DNA of 64,000 nucleotides from Eledone cirrhosa (taxonomy: Eukaryota). Every line of letters starts with the position of its first letter. Positions within the stretch are counted from its first letter, which is position 1. A program made the position numbers and the translations under genes. This document shows positions 50,601 through 62,970 of this stretch, one piece after another. Location: contig CAXHJY010000096.1 in the NCBI GenBank assembly GCA_964016885.1, forward strand, positions 2,108,001-2,172,000, written 5' to 3'. Below the pieces are notes generated by a model that saw only the letters and a list, made by a program, of their open reading frames with translations, searched no databases and was not told the DNA's origin.

Positions 50601-53600
50601 ATTTCCAGCCGTCCAACGGGAGATAATTTCCAGCCGTCCATGGGTAGATAATATCCAGCCGCCCAAGGACATATTTTCCAGCCGTCCAAGGAGAGGTAAT
50701 TTCTAGCCGTCCAAGGGGAGATAATTTCCAGCCGTCCAAGGGTAGATAATATCCAGCCGTCCAAGGACATATTTTCCAGCCGTCCAAGGAGAGGTAATTT
50801 CTAGCCGTCCAAGGGGAGATAAATTCCAGCCTCCAAGGGGAGATAATTTCCAGCCAGCCAAGGGGAGATAATTTGTAAAAAAATCAGGGGGAGATAATTT
50901 GTAAAAAAAATCAGGGGGAGATAATTTGTAAAAAAAAATCAGGGGGAGATAATTTGTAAAAAAAAATCAGGGGGAGATAATTTGCAAAAAAAATCAGGGG
51001 GAGATAATTTGTATAAAAAAATCAGGGGTAGATAATTTGTAAAAAAAAATCAGGGGGAGATAATTTGTAAAAAAAAATCAGGGGGAGATAATTTGTAAAA
51101 AAAATCAAGGGGAGATAATTTCCAGCCGTCCAAGGAGAGATAATTTAAAAAAAAAATCAGGCGGAGATAATTTGTAAAAAAAAATCAGGGGGAGATAATT
51201 TGTAAAAAAAATCAGGGGGAGATAATTTGTAAAAAAAAATCAGGGGTAGATAATTTGTAAAAAAAAATCAGGGGGAGATAATTTGTAAAAAAAATCAAGG
51301 GGAGATAATTTCCAGCCGTCCAAGGAGAGATAATTTAAAAAAAAATCAGGGGGAGATAATTTGTAAAAAAAATCAAGGGGAGATAATTTCCAGCCGTCCA
51401 AGGGGAGATAATTTTCAGCCGTCCAAGGGGAGATAATTTCCCGCCAGCCAAGGGAAGATAATATTCAAAAAAATCAGGCGGAGATAATTTGTAAAAAAAA
51501 TCAGGGGGAGATAATTTGTAAAAAAATCAGGGGGAGATAATTTGTAAAAAAAAAAATCAGGGGGAGATAATTTGTAAAAAAAATCAGGGGGAGATAATTT
51601 GTAAAAAAAAATCAGGGGTAGATAATTTGTAAAAAAAAATCAGGGGGAGATAATTTGTAAAAAAAAATCAGGGGGAGATAATTTGTAAAAAAAATGAAAG
51701 GGGAGATAATATCCAGCCGTCCAAGGGGAGATAATTTCCAGCCGTCCAAGGGGAGATAATTTCCAGCCGTCCAAGGGGAGATAATTTCCATCCTTCCAAG
51801 GGGATATAATTTCCAGCCGTCCAAGGGGAGATAATTTCCATCCTTCCAAGGGGATATAATTTCCAGCCGTCCAAGGGGAGATAATTTTCAGCCGTCCAAG
51901 GAGAGGTAATTTCTAGCCGTCCAAGGAGAGATAATTTCCAGCCGTCCAAGGGGAGATAATTTCCAGCCGTCCAAGGGGAGATAATTTCCAGCCGTCCAAG
52001 GAGACATATTTTCCAGCCGTCCAAGGAGAGGTAATTCCTAGCCGTCCAAGGGGAGATAAATTCCAGCCTCCAAGGGGAGATAATTTCCAGCCAGCCAAGG
52101 GGAGATAATTTGTAAAAAAAATCAGGGGGAGATAATTTGTAAAAAAAATCAGGGGGAGATAATTTGTAAAGAAATCAGGGGGAGATAATTTGTAAAAAAA
52201 AATCAGGGGGAGATAATTTGTAAAAAAAATCAGGGGGAGATAATTTGTAAAAAAAAATCAGGGGGAGATAATTTGTAAAAAAAATCAAGGGGAGATAATT
52301 TCCAGCCGTCCAAGGGAAGATAATTTCCAGCCCTCCAAGGGGCTATAATTTCCAGCGTCCAAGGGGAGATAATATCCAGCCAGCGAAGGGGAGATAATTT
52401 TTTTAAAAAAATCATTGGGAGATTTGTAAAAAAATCAGGGGGAGATAATTTGTAAAAAAAATCAAGGGGAGATAATTACCAGCCGTCCAAGGGGAGGTAA
52501 TATCTAGCCGTCCAAGGGGTGATAATTTCCAGCCGTCCAAGGGGAGATAATTTCCAGCCGTCCAAGGGTAGATAATATCCAGCCGTCCAAGGACATATTT
52601 TCCAGCCGTCCAAGGAGAGGTAATTTCTAGCCGTCCAAGGGGAGATAAATTCCAGCCTCCAAGGTGAGATAATTTCCAGCCAGCCAAGGGGAGATAATTT
52701 GTAAAAAAAAATCAGGGGGAGATAATTTGTAAAAAAAATCAAGGGGAGATAATTTCCAGCCGTCCAAGGGGAGATAATTTTCAGCCGTCCAAGGGGAGAT
52801 AATTTCCCGCCAGCCAAGGGAAGATAATATTTAAAAAAATCAGGCGGAGATAATTTGTAAAAAAAATCAGGGGGAGATAATTTGTAAAAAAATCAGGGGG
52901 AGATAATTTGTAAAAAAAAAATCAGGGGGAGATAATTTGTAAAAAAAATCAGGGTGAGATAATTTGTAAAAAAAAATCAGGGGTAGATGAATTGTAAAAA
53001 AAAATCAGGGGGAGATAATTTGTAAAAAAAATCAGGGGGAGATAATTTGTAAAAAAAATGAAAGGGGAGATAATATCCAGCCGTCCAAGGGGAGATAATT
53101 TCCAGCCGTCCAAGGGGAGATAATTTCCAGCCGTCCAAGGGGAGATAATTTCCATCCTTCCAAGGGGATATAATTTCCAGCCGTCCAAGGGGAGATAATT
53201 TCCCGCCAGCCAAGATAAGATAATATTTAAAAAAATTAGGCGGAGATAATTTGTAAAAAAAATCAGGGGGAGATAATTTGTAAAAAATCAGGGGGAGATA
53301 ATTTGTAAAAAAAATCAGGGGGAGATAATTTGTAAAAAAAATCATGGGGAGATAATTTGTAAAAAAAAATCAGGGGTAGATAATTTGTAAAAAAAAATCA
53401 GGGGGAGATAATTTGTAAAAAAAAATCAGGGGGAGATAATTTGTAAAAAAAATCAAGGGGAGATAATTTCCAGCCGTCCAAGGGGAGATAATTTTCAGCC
53501 GTCCAAGGAGAGGTAATTTCTAGCCGTCCAAGGGGAGATAATTTCCAGCCGTCCAAGGGGAGGTAATTTCCAGCCGTCCAAGGGGAGATAATTTTAAAAA

Positions 53601-56600
53601 AAAAATCAGGCGGAGATAATTTGTAAAAAAAATCAAGGGGAGATAATTTGCAGCCGTCCAAGGGGAGATAATTTTCAGTCGTCCAAGGAGAGGTAATTTC
53701 TAGCCGTCCAAGGGGAGATAATTGCCAGCCGTCCAAGGGGAGATAATTTCCAGCCGTCCAAGGGGAGATAATTTTTTTTAAAAAATCAGGCGAAGATAAT
53801 TTGTAAAAAAAATCAGGGGGAGATAATTTGTAAACAAAATCAGGGGGAGATAATTTGTAAAAAAAAATCAGGGGTAGATAATTTGTAAAAAAAAATCAGG
53901 GGTAGATGAATTGTAAAAAAAAATCAGGGGGAGATAATTTGTAAAAAAAATCAGGGGGAGATAATTTGTAAAAAAAATGAAAGGGGAGATAATATCCAGC
54001 CGTCCAAGGGGAGATAATTTCCAGCCGTCCAAGGGGAGATAATTTCCAGCCGTCCAAGGGGAGATAATTTCCATCCTTCCAAGGGGATATAATTTCCAGC
54101 CGTCCAAGGGGAGATAATTTCCCGTCAGCCAAGGGAAGATAATATTTAAAAAAATTAGGCGGAGATAATTTGTAAAAAAAATCAGGGGGAGATAATTTGT
54201 AAAAAATCAGGGGGAGATAATTTGTAAAAAAAATCAGGGGGAGATAATTTGTAAAAAAAATCATGGGGAGATAATTTGTAAAAAAAAATCAGGGGTAGAT
54301 AATTTGTAAAAAAAAATAAGGGGGAGATAATTTGTAAAAAAAAATCAGGGGGAGATAATTTGTAAAAAAAATCAAGGGGAGATAATTTCCAGCCGTCCAA
54401 GGGGAGATAATTTTCAGCCGTCCAAGGAGAGGTAATTTCTAGCCGTCCAAGGGGAGATAATTTCCAGCCGTCCAAGGGGAGGTAATTTCCAGCCGTCCAA
54501 GGGGAGATAATTTAAAAAAAAAAATCAGGCGGAGATAATTTGTAAAAAAAATCAAGGGGAGATAATTTGCAGCCGTCCAAGGGGAGATAATTTTCAGTCG
54601 TCCAAGGAGAGGTAATTTCTAGCCGTCCAAGGGGAGATAATTGCCAGCCGTCCAAGGGGAGATAATTTCCAGCCGTCCAAGGGGAGATAATTTTTTTTAA
54701 AAAATCAGGCGGAGATAATTTGTAAAAAAAATCAGGGGGAGATAATTTGTAAACAAAATCAGGGGGAGATAATTTGTAAAAAAAAATCAGGGGTAGATAA
54801 TTTGTAAAAAAAAATCAGGGGGAGATAATTTGTAAAAAAAAATCAGGGGGAGATAATTTGTAAAAAAAATCAAGGGGAGATAATTTCCAGCCGTCCAAGG
54901 GGAGATAATTTTCTGCCGTCCAAGGAGAGGTAATTTCTAGCCGTCCAAGGGGAGATAATTTCCAGCCGTCCAAGGGGAGGTAATTTCCAGCCGTCCAAGG
55001 GGAGATAATTTTTAAAAAAAAATCAGGCGGAGATAATTTGTAAAAAAAATCAAGGGGAGATAATTTGCAGCCGTCCAAGGGGAGATAATTTTCAGTCGTC
55101 CAAGGAGAGGTAATTTCTAGCCGTCCAAGGGGAGATAATTGCCAGCCGTCCAAGGGGAGATAATTTCCAGCCGTCCAAGGGGAGATAATTTTTTTTAAAA
55201 AATCAGGCGGAGATAATTTGTAAAAAAAATCAGGGGGAGATAATTTGTAAACAAAATCAGGGGGAGATAATTTGTAAAAAAAAATCAGGGGGAGATAATT
55301 TGTAAAAAAAATCATGGAGAGATAATTTCCAGCCGTCCAAGGGGAGATAATTTCCAGCCTTCCAAGGAGACATATTTTCCAGCCGTCCAAGGCGAGGTAA
55401 TTTCTAGCCGTCCAAGGGGAGATAAATTCCAGCCTCCAAGGGGAGATAATTTCCAGCCAGCCAAGTGGAGATAATTTGTAAAAAAATCAGGGGGAGATAA
55501 TTTGTAAAAAATATCAGGGAGATAATTTGTAAAAAAAAATCAGGGGGAGATAATTTGTAAAAAAAATCAGGGGGAGATAATTTGTAAAAAAAAATCAGGG
55601 GGAGATAATTTGTAAAAAAAATCAAGGGGAGATAATTTCCAGCCGTCCAAGGGGAGATAATTTTCAGCCGTCCAAGGGGAGATAATTTCCCGCCAGCCAA
55701 GGGAAGATAATATTTAAAAAAATCAGGCGGAGATAATTTGTAAAAAAAATCAGGGGGAGATAATTTGTAAAAAAATCAGGGGGAGATAATTTGTAAAAAA
55801 AAAATCAGGGGGAGATAATTTGTAAAAAAAATCAGGGGGAGATAATTTGTAAAAAAAAATCAGGGGTAGATAATTTGTAAACAAAAATCAGGGGGAGATA
55901 ATTTGTAAAAAAAAATCAGGGGGAGATAATTTGTAAAAAAAATGAAAGGGGAGATAATATCCAGCCGTCCAAGGGGAGATAATTTCCAGCCGTCCAAGGA
56001 GACATATTTTCCAGCCGTCCAAGGAGAGGTAATTCCTAGCCGTCCAAGGGGAGATAAATTCCAGCCTCCAAGGGGAGATAATTTGTAAAAAAAATCAGGG
56101 GGAGATAATTTGTAAAAAAAATCAGGGGGAGATAATTTGTAAAAAAAATCAGGGGGAGATAATTTGTAAAAAAAAATCAGGGGTAGATAATTTGTAAAAA
56201 ATAATCAGGGGGAGATAATTTGTAAAAAAAATCAAGGGGAGATAATTTCCAGCCGTCCAAGGGGAGATAATTTTCAGCCGTCCAAGGGGAGATAATTTCC
56301 CGCCAGCCAAGGGAAGATAATATTTAAAAAAATTAGGCGGAGATAATTTGTAAAAAAAATCAGGGGTAGATAATTTGTAAAAAAATCAGGGGGAGATAAT
56401 TTGTAAAAAAAATCAGGGGGAGATAATTTGTAAAAAAAATCAGGGGGAGATAATTTGTAAAAAAAAATCAGGGGGAGATAATTTGTAAAAAAATTCAAGG
56501 GGAGATAATTTCCAGCCGTCCAAGGGAAGATAATTTCCAGCCCTCCAAGGGGCTATAATTTCCAGCGTCCAAGGGGAGATAATTTCCAGCCAGCGAAGGG

Positions 56601-59600
56601 GAGATAATTTTTTTTAAAAAATCATTGGGAGATTTGTAAAAAAAATCAGGGGGAGATAATTTGTAAAAAAAATCAAGGGGAGATAATTTCCAGCCGTCCA
56701 AGGGGAGGTAATATCTAGCCGTCCAAGGGGAGATAATTTCCAGCCGTCCAAGGGGAGATAATTTCCAGCCGTCCAAGGGTAGATAATATCCAGCCGTCCA
56801 AGGACATATTTTCCAGCCGTCCAAGGAGAGGTAATTTCTAGCCGTCCAAGGGGAGATAAATTCCAGCCTCCAAGGTGAGATAATTTCCAGCCAGCCAAGG
56901 GGAGATAATTTGTAAAAAAATCAGGGGGAGATAATTTGTAAAAAAAATCAGGGGGAGATAATTTGTAAAAAAAAATCAGGGGGAGATAATTTGTAAAAAA
57001 AAATCAGGGGGAGATAATTTGTAAAAAAAAATCAGGGGGAGATAATTTGTAAAAAAATCAAGGGGAGATAATTTCCAGCCGTCCAAGGGGAGATAATTTT
57101 CAGCCGTCCAAGGGGAGATAATTTCCCGCCAGCCAAGGGAAGATAATATTTGAAAAAATCAGGCGGAGATAATTTGTAAAAAAAATCAGGGGGAGATAAT
57201 TTGTAAAAAAATCAGGGGGAGATAATTTGTAAAAAAAAAATCATGGGGAGATAATTTGTAAAAAAAATCAGGGGGAGATAATTTGTAAAAAAAAATCAGG
57301 GGTAGATAAATTGTAAAAAAAAATCAGGGGGAGATAATTTGTAAAAAAAATCAGGGGGAGATAATTTGTAAAAAAAATGAAAGGGGAGATAATATCCAGC
57401 CGTCCAAGGGGAGATAATTTCCAGCCGTCCAAGGGGAGATAATTTCCAGCCGTCCAAGGGGAGATAATTTCCATCCTTCCAAGGGGATATAATTTCCAGC
57501 CGTCCAAGGGGAGATAATTTCCCGCCAGCCAAGGGAAGATAATTTTTAAAAAAATCAGGCGGAGATTGTAAAAAAAATCAGGGGGGAGATAATTTGTAAA
57601 AAAATCAGGGGGAGATAATTTGTAAAAAAAAATCAGGGGGAGATAATTTGTAAAAAATAATCAGGGGGAGATAATTTGTAAAAAAAAATCAAGGGGAGAT
57701 AATTTCCAGCCGTCCAAGGGGAGGTAATATCTAGCCGTCCAAGGGGAGATAATTTCCAGCCGTCCAACGGGAGATAATTTCCAGCCGTCCATGGGTAGAT
57801 AATATCCAGCCGCCCAAGGACATATTTTCCAGCCGTCCAAGGAGAGGTAATTTCTAGCCGTCCAAGGGGAGATAATTACAGCCGTCCAAGGGTAGATAAT
57901 ATCCAGCCGTCCAAGGACATATTTTCCAGCCGTCCAAGGAGAGGTAATTTCTAGCCGTCCAAGGGGAGATAAATTCCAGCCTCCAAGGGGAGATAATTTC
58001 CAGCCAGCCAAGGGGAGATAATTTGTAAAAAAATCAGGGGGAGATAATTTGTAAAAAAAATCAGGGGGAGATAATTTGTAAAAAAAAATCAGGGGGAGAT
58101 AATTTGTAAAAAAAAATCAGGGGGAGATAATTTGCAAAAAAAATCAGGGGGAGATAATTTGTAAAAAAAAATCAGGGGTAGATAATTTGTAAAAAAAAAT
58201 CAGGGGGAGATAATTTGTAAAAAAAAATCAGGGGGAGATAATTTGTAAAAAAAATCAAGGGGAGATAATTTCCAGCCGTCCAAGGGAAGATAATTTCCAG
58301 CCCTCCAAGGGGCTATAATTTCCAGCGTCCAAGGGGAGATAATTTCCAGCCAGCGAAGGGGAGATAATTTTTTTTAAAAAATCATTGGGAGATTTGTAAA
58401 AAAAATCAGGGGGAGATAATTTGTAAAAAAAATCAAGGGGAGATAATTTCCAGCCGTCCAAGGGGAGGTAATATCTAGCCGTCCAAGGGGAGATAATTTC
58501 CAGCCGTCCAACGGGAGATAATTTCCAGCCGTCCATGGGTAGATAATATCCAGCCGCCCAAGGACATATTTTCCAGCCGTCCAAGGAGAGGTAATTTCTA
58601 GCCGTCCAAGGGGAGATAATTTCCAGCCGTCCAAGGGTAGATAATATCCAGCCGTCCAAGGACATATTTTCCAGCCGTCCAAGGAGAGGTAATTTCTAGC
58701 CGTCCAAGGGGAGATAAATTCCAGCCTCCAAGGGGAGATAATTTCCAGCCAGCCAAGGGGAGATAATTTGTAAAAAAATCAGGGGGAGATAATTTGTAAA
58801 AAAAATCAGGGGGAGATAATTTGTAAAAAAAAATCAGGGGGAGATAATTTGTAAAAAAAAATCAGGGGGAGATAATTTGCAAAAAAAATCAGGGGGAGAT
58901 AATTTGTATAAAAAAATCAGGGGTAGATAATTTGTAAAAAAAAACAGGGGGAGATAATTTGTAAAAAAAAATCAGGGGGAGATAATTTGTAAAAAAAATC
59001 AAGGGGAGATAATTTCCAGCCGTCCAAGGAGAGATAATTTAAAAAAAAAATCAGGCGGAGATAATTTGTAAAAAAAAATCAGGGGGAGATAATTTGTAAA
59101 AAAAATCAGGGGGAGATAATTTGTAAAAAAAAATCAGGGGTAGATAATTTGTAAAAAAAAATCAGGGGGAGATAATTTGTAAAAAAAATCAAGGGGAGAT
59201 AATTTCCAGCCGTCCAAGGAGAGATAATTTAAAAAAAAATCAGGGGGAGATAATTTGTAAAAAAAATCAAGGGGAGATAATTTCCAGCCGTCCAAGGGGA
59301 GATAATTTTCAGCCGTCCAAGGGGAGATAATTTCCCGCCAGCCAAGGGAAGATAATATTCAAAAAAATCAGGCGGAGATAATTTGTAAAAAAAATCAGGG
59401 GGAGATAATTTGTAAAAAAATCAGGGGGAGATAATTTGTAAAAAAAAAAATCAGGGGGAGATAATTTGTAAAAAAAATCAGGGGGAGATAATTTGTAAAA
59501 AAAAATCAGGGGTAGATAATTTGTAAAAAAAAATCAGGGGGAGATAATTTGTAAAAAAAAATCAGGGGGAGATAATTTGTAAAAAAAATGAAAGGGGAGA

Positions 59601-62600
59601 TAATATCCAGCCGTCCAAGGGGAGATAATTTCCAGCCGTCCAAGGGGAGATAATTTCCAGCCGTCCAAGGGGAGATAATTTCCATCCTTCCAAGGGGATA
59701 TAATTTCCAGCCGTCCAAGGGGAGATAATTTCCATCCTTCCAAGGGGATATAATTTCCAGCCGTCCAAGGGGAGATAATTTTCAGCCGTCCAAGGAGAGG
59801 TAATTTCTAGCCGTCCAAGGAGAGATAATTTCCAGCCGTCCAAGGGGAGATAATTTCCAGCCGTCCAAGGGGAGATAATTTCCAGCCGTCCAAGGAGACA
59901 TATTTTCCAGCCGTCCAAGGAGAGGTAATTCCTAGCCGTCCAAGGGGAGATAAATTCCAGCCTCCAAGGGGAGATAATTTCCAGCCAGCCAAGGGGAGAT
60001 AATTTGTAAAAAAAATCAGGGGGAGATAATTTGTAAAAAAAATCAGGGGGAGATAATTTGTAAAGAAATCAGGGGGAGATAATTTGTAAAAAAAAATCAG
60101 GGGGAGATAATTTGTAAAAAAAATCAGGGGGAGATAATTTGTAAAAAAAAATCAGGGGGAGATAATTTGTAAAAAAAATCAAGGGGAGATAATTTCCAGC
60201 CGTCCAAGGGAAGATAATTTCCAGCCCTCCAAGGGGCTATAATTTCCAGCGTCCAAGGGGAGATAATTTCCAGCCAGCGAAGGGGAGATAATTTTTTTAA
60301 AAAAATCATTGGGAGATTTGTAAAAAAATCAGGGGGAGATAATTTGTAAAAAAAATCAAGGGGAGATAATTACCAGCCGTCCAAGGGGAGGTAATATCTA
60401 GCCGTCCAAGGGGTGATAATTTCCAGCCGTCCAAGGGGAGATAATTTCCAGCCGTCCAAGGGTAGATAATATCCAGCCGTCCAAGGACATATTTTCCAGC
60501 CGTCCAAGGAGAGGTAATTTCTAGCCGTCCAAGGGGAGATAAATTCCAGCCTCCAAGGTGAGATAATTTCCAGCCAGCCAAGGGGAGATAATTTGTAAAA
60601 AAAAATCAGGGGGAGATAATTTGTAAAAAAAATCAAGGGGAGATAATTTCCAGCCGTCCAAGGGGAGATAATTTTCAGCCGTCCAAGGGGAGATAATTTC
60701 CCGCCAGCCAAGGGAAGATAATATTTAAAAAAATCAGGCGGAGATAATTTGTAAAAAAAATCAGGGGGAGATAATTTGTAAAAAAATCAGGGGGAGATAA
60801 TTTGTAAAAAAAAAATCAGGGGGAGATAATTTGTAAAAAAAATCAGGGGGAGATAATTTGTAAAAAAAAATCAGGGGTAGATGAATTGTAAAAAAAAATC
60901 AGGGGGAGATAATTTGTAAAAAAAATCAGGGGGAGATAATTTGTAAAAAAAATGAAAGGGGAGATAATATCCAGCCGTCCAAGGGGAGATAATTTCCAGC
61001 CGTCCAAGGGGAGATAATTTCCAGCCGTCCAAGGGGAGATAATTTCCATCCTTCCAAGGGGATATAATTTCCAGCCGTCCAAGGGGAGATAATTTCCCGC
61101 CAGCCAAGATAAGATAATATTTAAAAAAATTAGGCGGAGATAATTTGTAAAAAAAATCAGGGGGAGATAATTTGTAAAAAATCAGGGGGAGATAATTTGT
61201 AAAAAAAATCAGGGGGAGATAATTTGTAAAAAAAATCATGGGGAGATAATTTGTAAAAAAAAATCAGGGGTAGATAATTTGTAAAAAAAAATCAGGGGGA
61301 GATAATTTGTAAAAAAAAATCAGGGGGAGATAATTTGTAAAAAAAATCAAGGGGAGATAATTTCCAGCCGTCCAAGGGGAGATAATTTTCAGCCGTCCAA
61401 GGAGAGGTAATTTCTAGCCGTCCAAGGGGAGATAATTTCCAGCCGTCCAAGGGGAGGTAATTTCCAGCCGTCCAAGGGGAGATAATTTTAAAAAAAAAAT
61501 CAGGCGGAGATAATTTGTAAAAAAAATCAAGGGGAGATAATTTGCAGCCGTCCAAGGGGAGATAATTTTCAGTCGTCCAAGGAGAGGTAATTTCTAGCCG
61601 TCCAAGGGGAGATAATTGCCAGCCGTCCAAGGGGAGATAATTTCCAGCCGTCCAAGGGGAGATAATTTTTTTTAAAAAATCAGGCGGAGATAATTTGTAA
61701 AAAAAATCAGGGGGAGATAATTTGTAAACAAAATCAGGGGGAGATAATTTGTAAAAAAAAATCAGGGGTAGATAATTTGTAAAAAAAAATCAGGGGGAGA
61801 TAATTTGTAAAAAAAAATCAGGGGGAGATAATTTGTAAAAAAAATCAAGGGGAGATAATTTCCAGCCGTCCAAGGGGAGATAATTTTCAGCCGTCCAAGG
61901 AGAGGTAATTTCTAGCCGTCCAAGGGGAGATAATTTCCAGCCGTCCAAGAGGAGGTAATTTCCAGCCGTCCAAGGGGAGATAATTTTAAAAAAAAATCAG
62001 GCGGAGATAATTTGTAAAAAAAATCAAGGGGAGATAATTTGCAGCCGTCCAAGGGGAGATAATTTTCAGTCGTCCAAGGAGAGGTAATTTCTAGCCGTCC
62101 AAGGGGAGATAATTGCCAGCCGTCCAAGGGGAGATAATTTCCAGCCGTCCAAGGGGAGATAATTTTTTTTAAAAAATCAGGCGGTGATAATTTGTAAAAA
62201 AAATCAGGGGGAGATAATTTGTAAACAAAATCAGGGGGAGATAATTTGTAAAAAAAAATCAGGGGGAGATAATTTGTAAAAAAAATCATGGAGAGATAAT
62301 TTCCAGCCGTCCAAGGGGAGATAATTTCCAGCCTTCCAAGGAGACATATTTTCCAGCCGTCCAAGGCGAGGTAATTTCTAGCCGTCCAAGGGGAGATAAA
62401 TTCCAGCCTCCAAGGGGAGATAATTTCCAGCCAGCCAAGTGGAGATAATTTGTAAAAAAATCAGGGGGAGATAATTTGTAAAAAATATCAGGGAGATAAT
62501 TTGTAAAAAAAAATCAGGGGGAGATAATTTGTAAAAAAAATCAGGGGGAGATAATTTGTAAAAAAAAATCAGGGGGAGATAATTTGTAAAAAAAATCAAG

Positions 62601-62970
62601 GGGAGATAATTTCCAGCCGTCCAAGGGGAGATAATTTTCAGCCGTCCAAGGGGAGATAATTTCCCGCCAGCCAAGGGAAGATAATATTTAAAAAAATCAG
62701 GCGGAGATAATTTGTAAAAAAAATCAGGGGGAGATAATTTGTAAAAAAATCAGGGGGAGATAATTTGTAAAAAAAAAATCAGGGGGAGATAATTTGTAAA
62801 AAAAATCAGGGGGAGATAATTTGTAAAAAAAAATCAGGGGTAGATAATTTGTAAACAAAAATCAGGGGGAGATAATTTGTAAAAAAAAATCAGGGGGAGA
62901 TAATTTGTAAAAAAAATGAAAGGGGAGATAATATCCAGCCGTCCAAGGGGAGATAATTTCCAGCCGTCCA
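47700..62970 (+). repeat. HOR domain III, 7,895/7,894-bp period falling to 6,974 bp
   Basis: ORF offsets: 48379/56274, 48600/56495, 49766/57661 and 50360/58255 = 7895; 51612/59506 through 53398/61292 = 7894; 55404/62378 = 6974. Private markers are CCATGGGTAG (49894, 50638, 57789, 58533), GTAGATGAATT and GATAATTAC. Confidence 0.92.
52960..54800 (+). repeat. 919-bp tandem duplication present only in the first domain-III copy
   Basis: ORFs 52949/53868 and 52977/53896 are offset by 919. The marker GTAGATGAATT lies at ~52983 and ~53902, and AATTGCCAGCC at ~53720 and ~54639. Confidence 0.88.
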
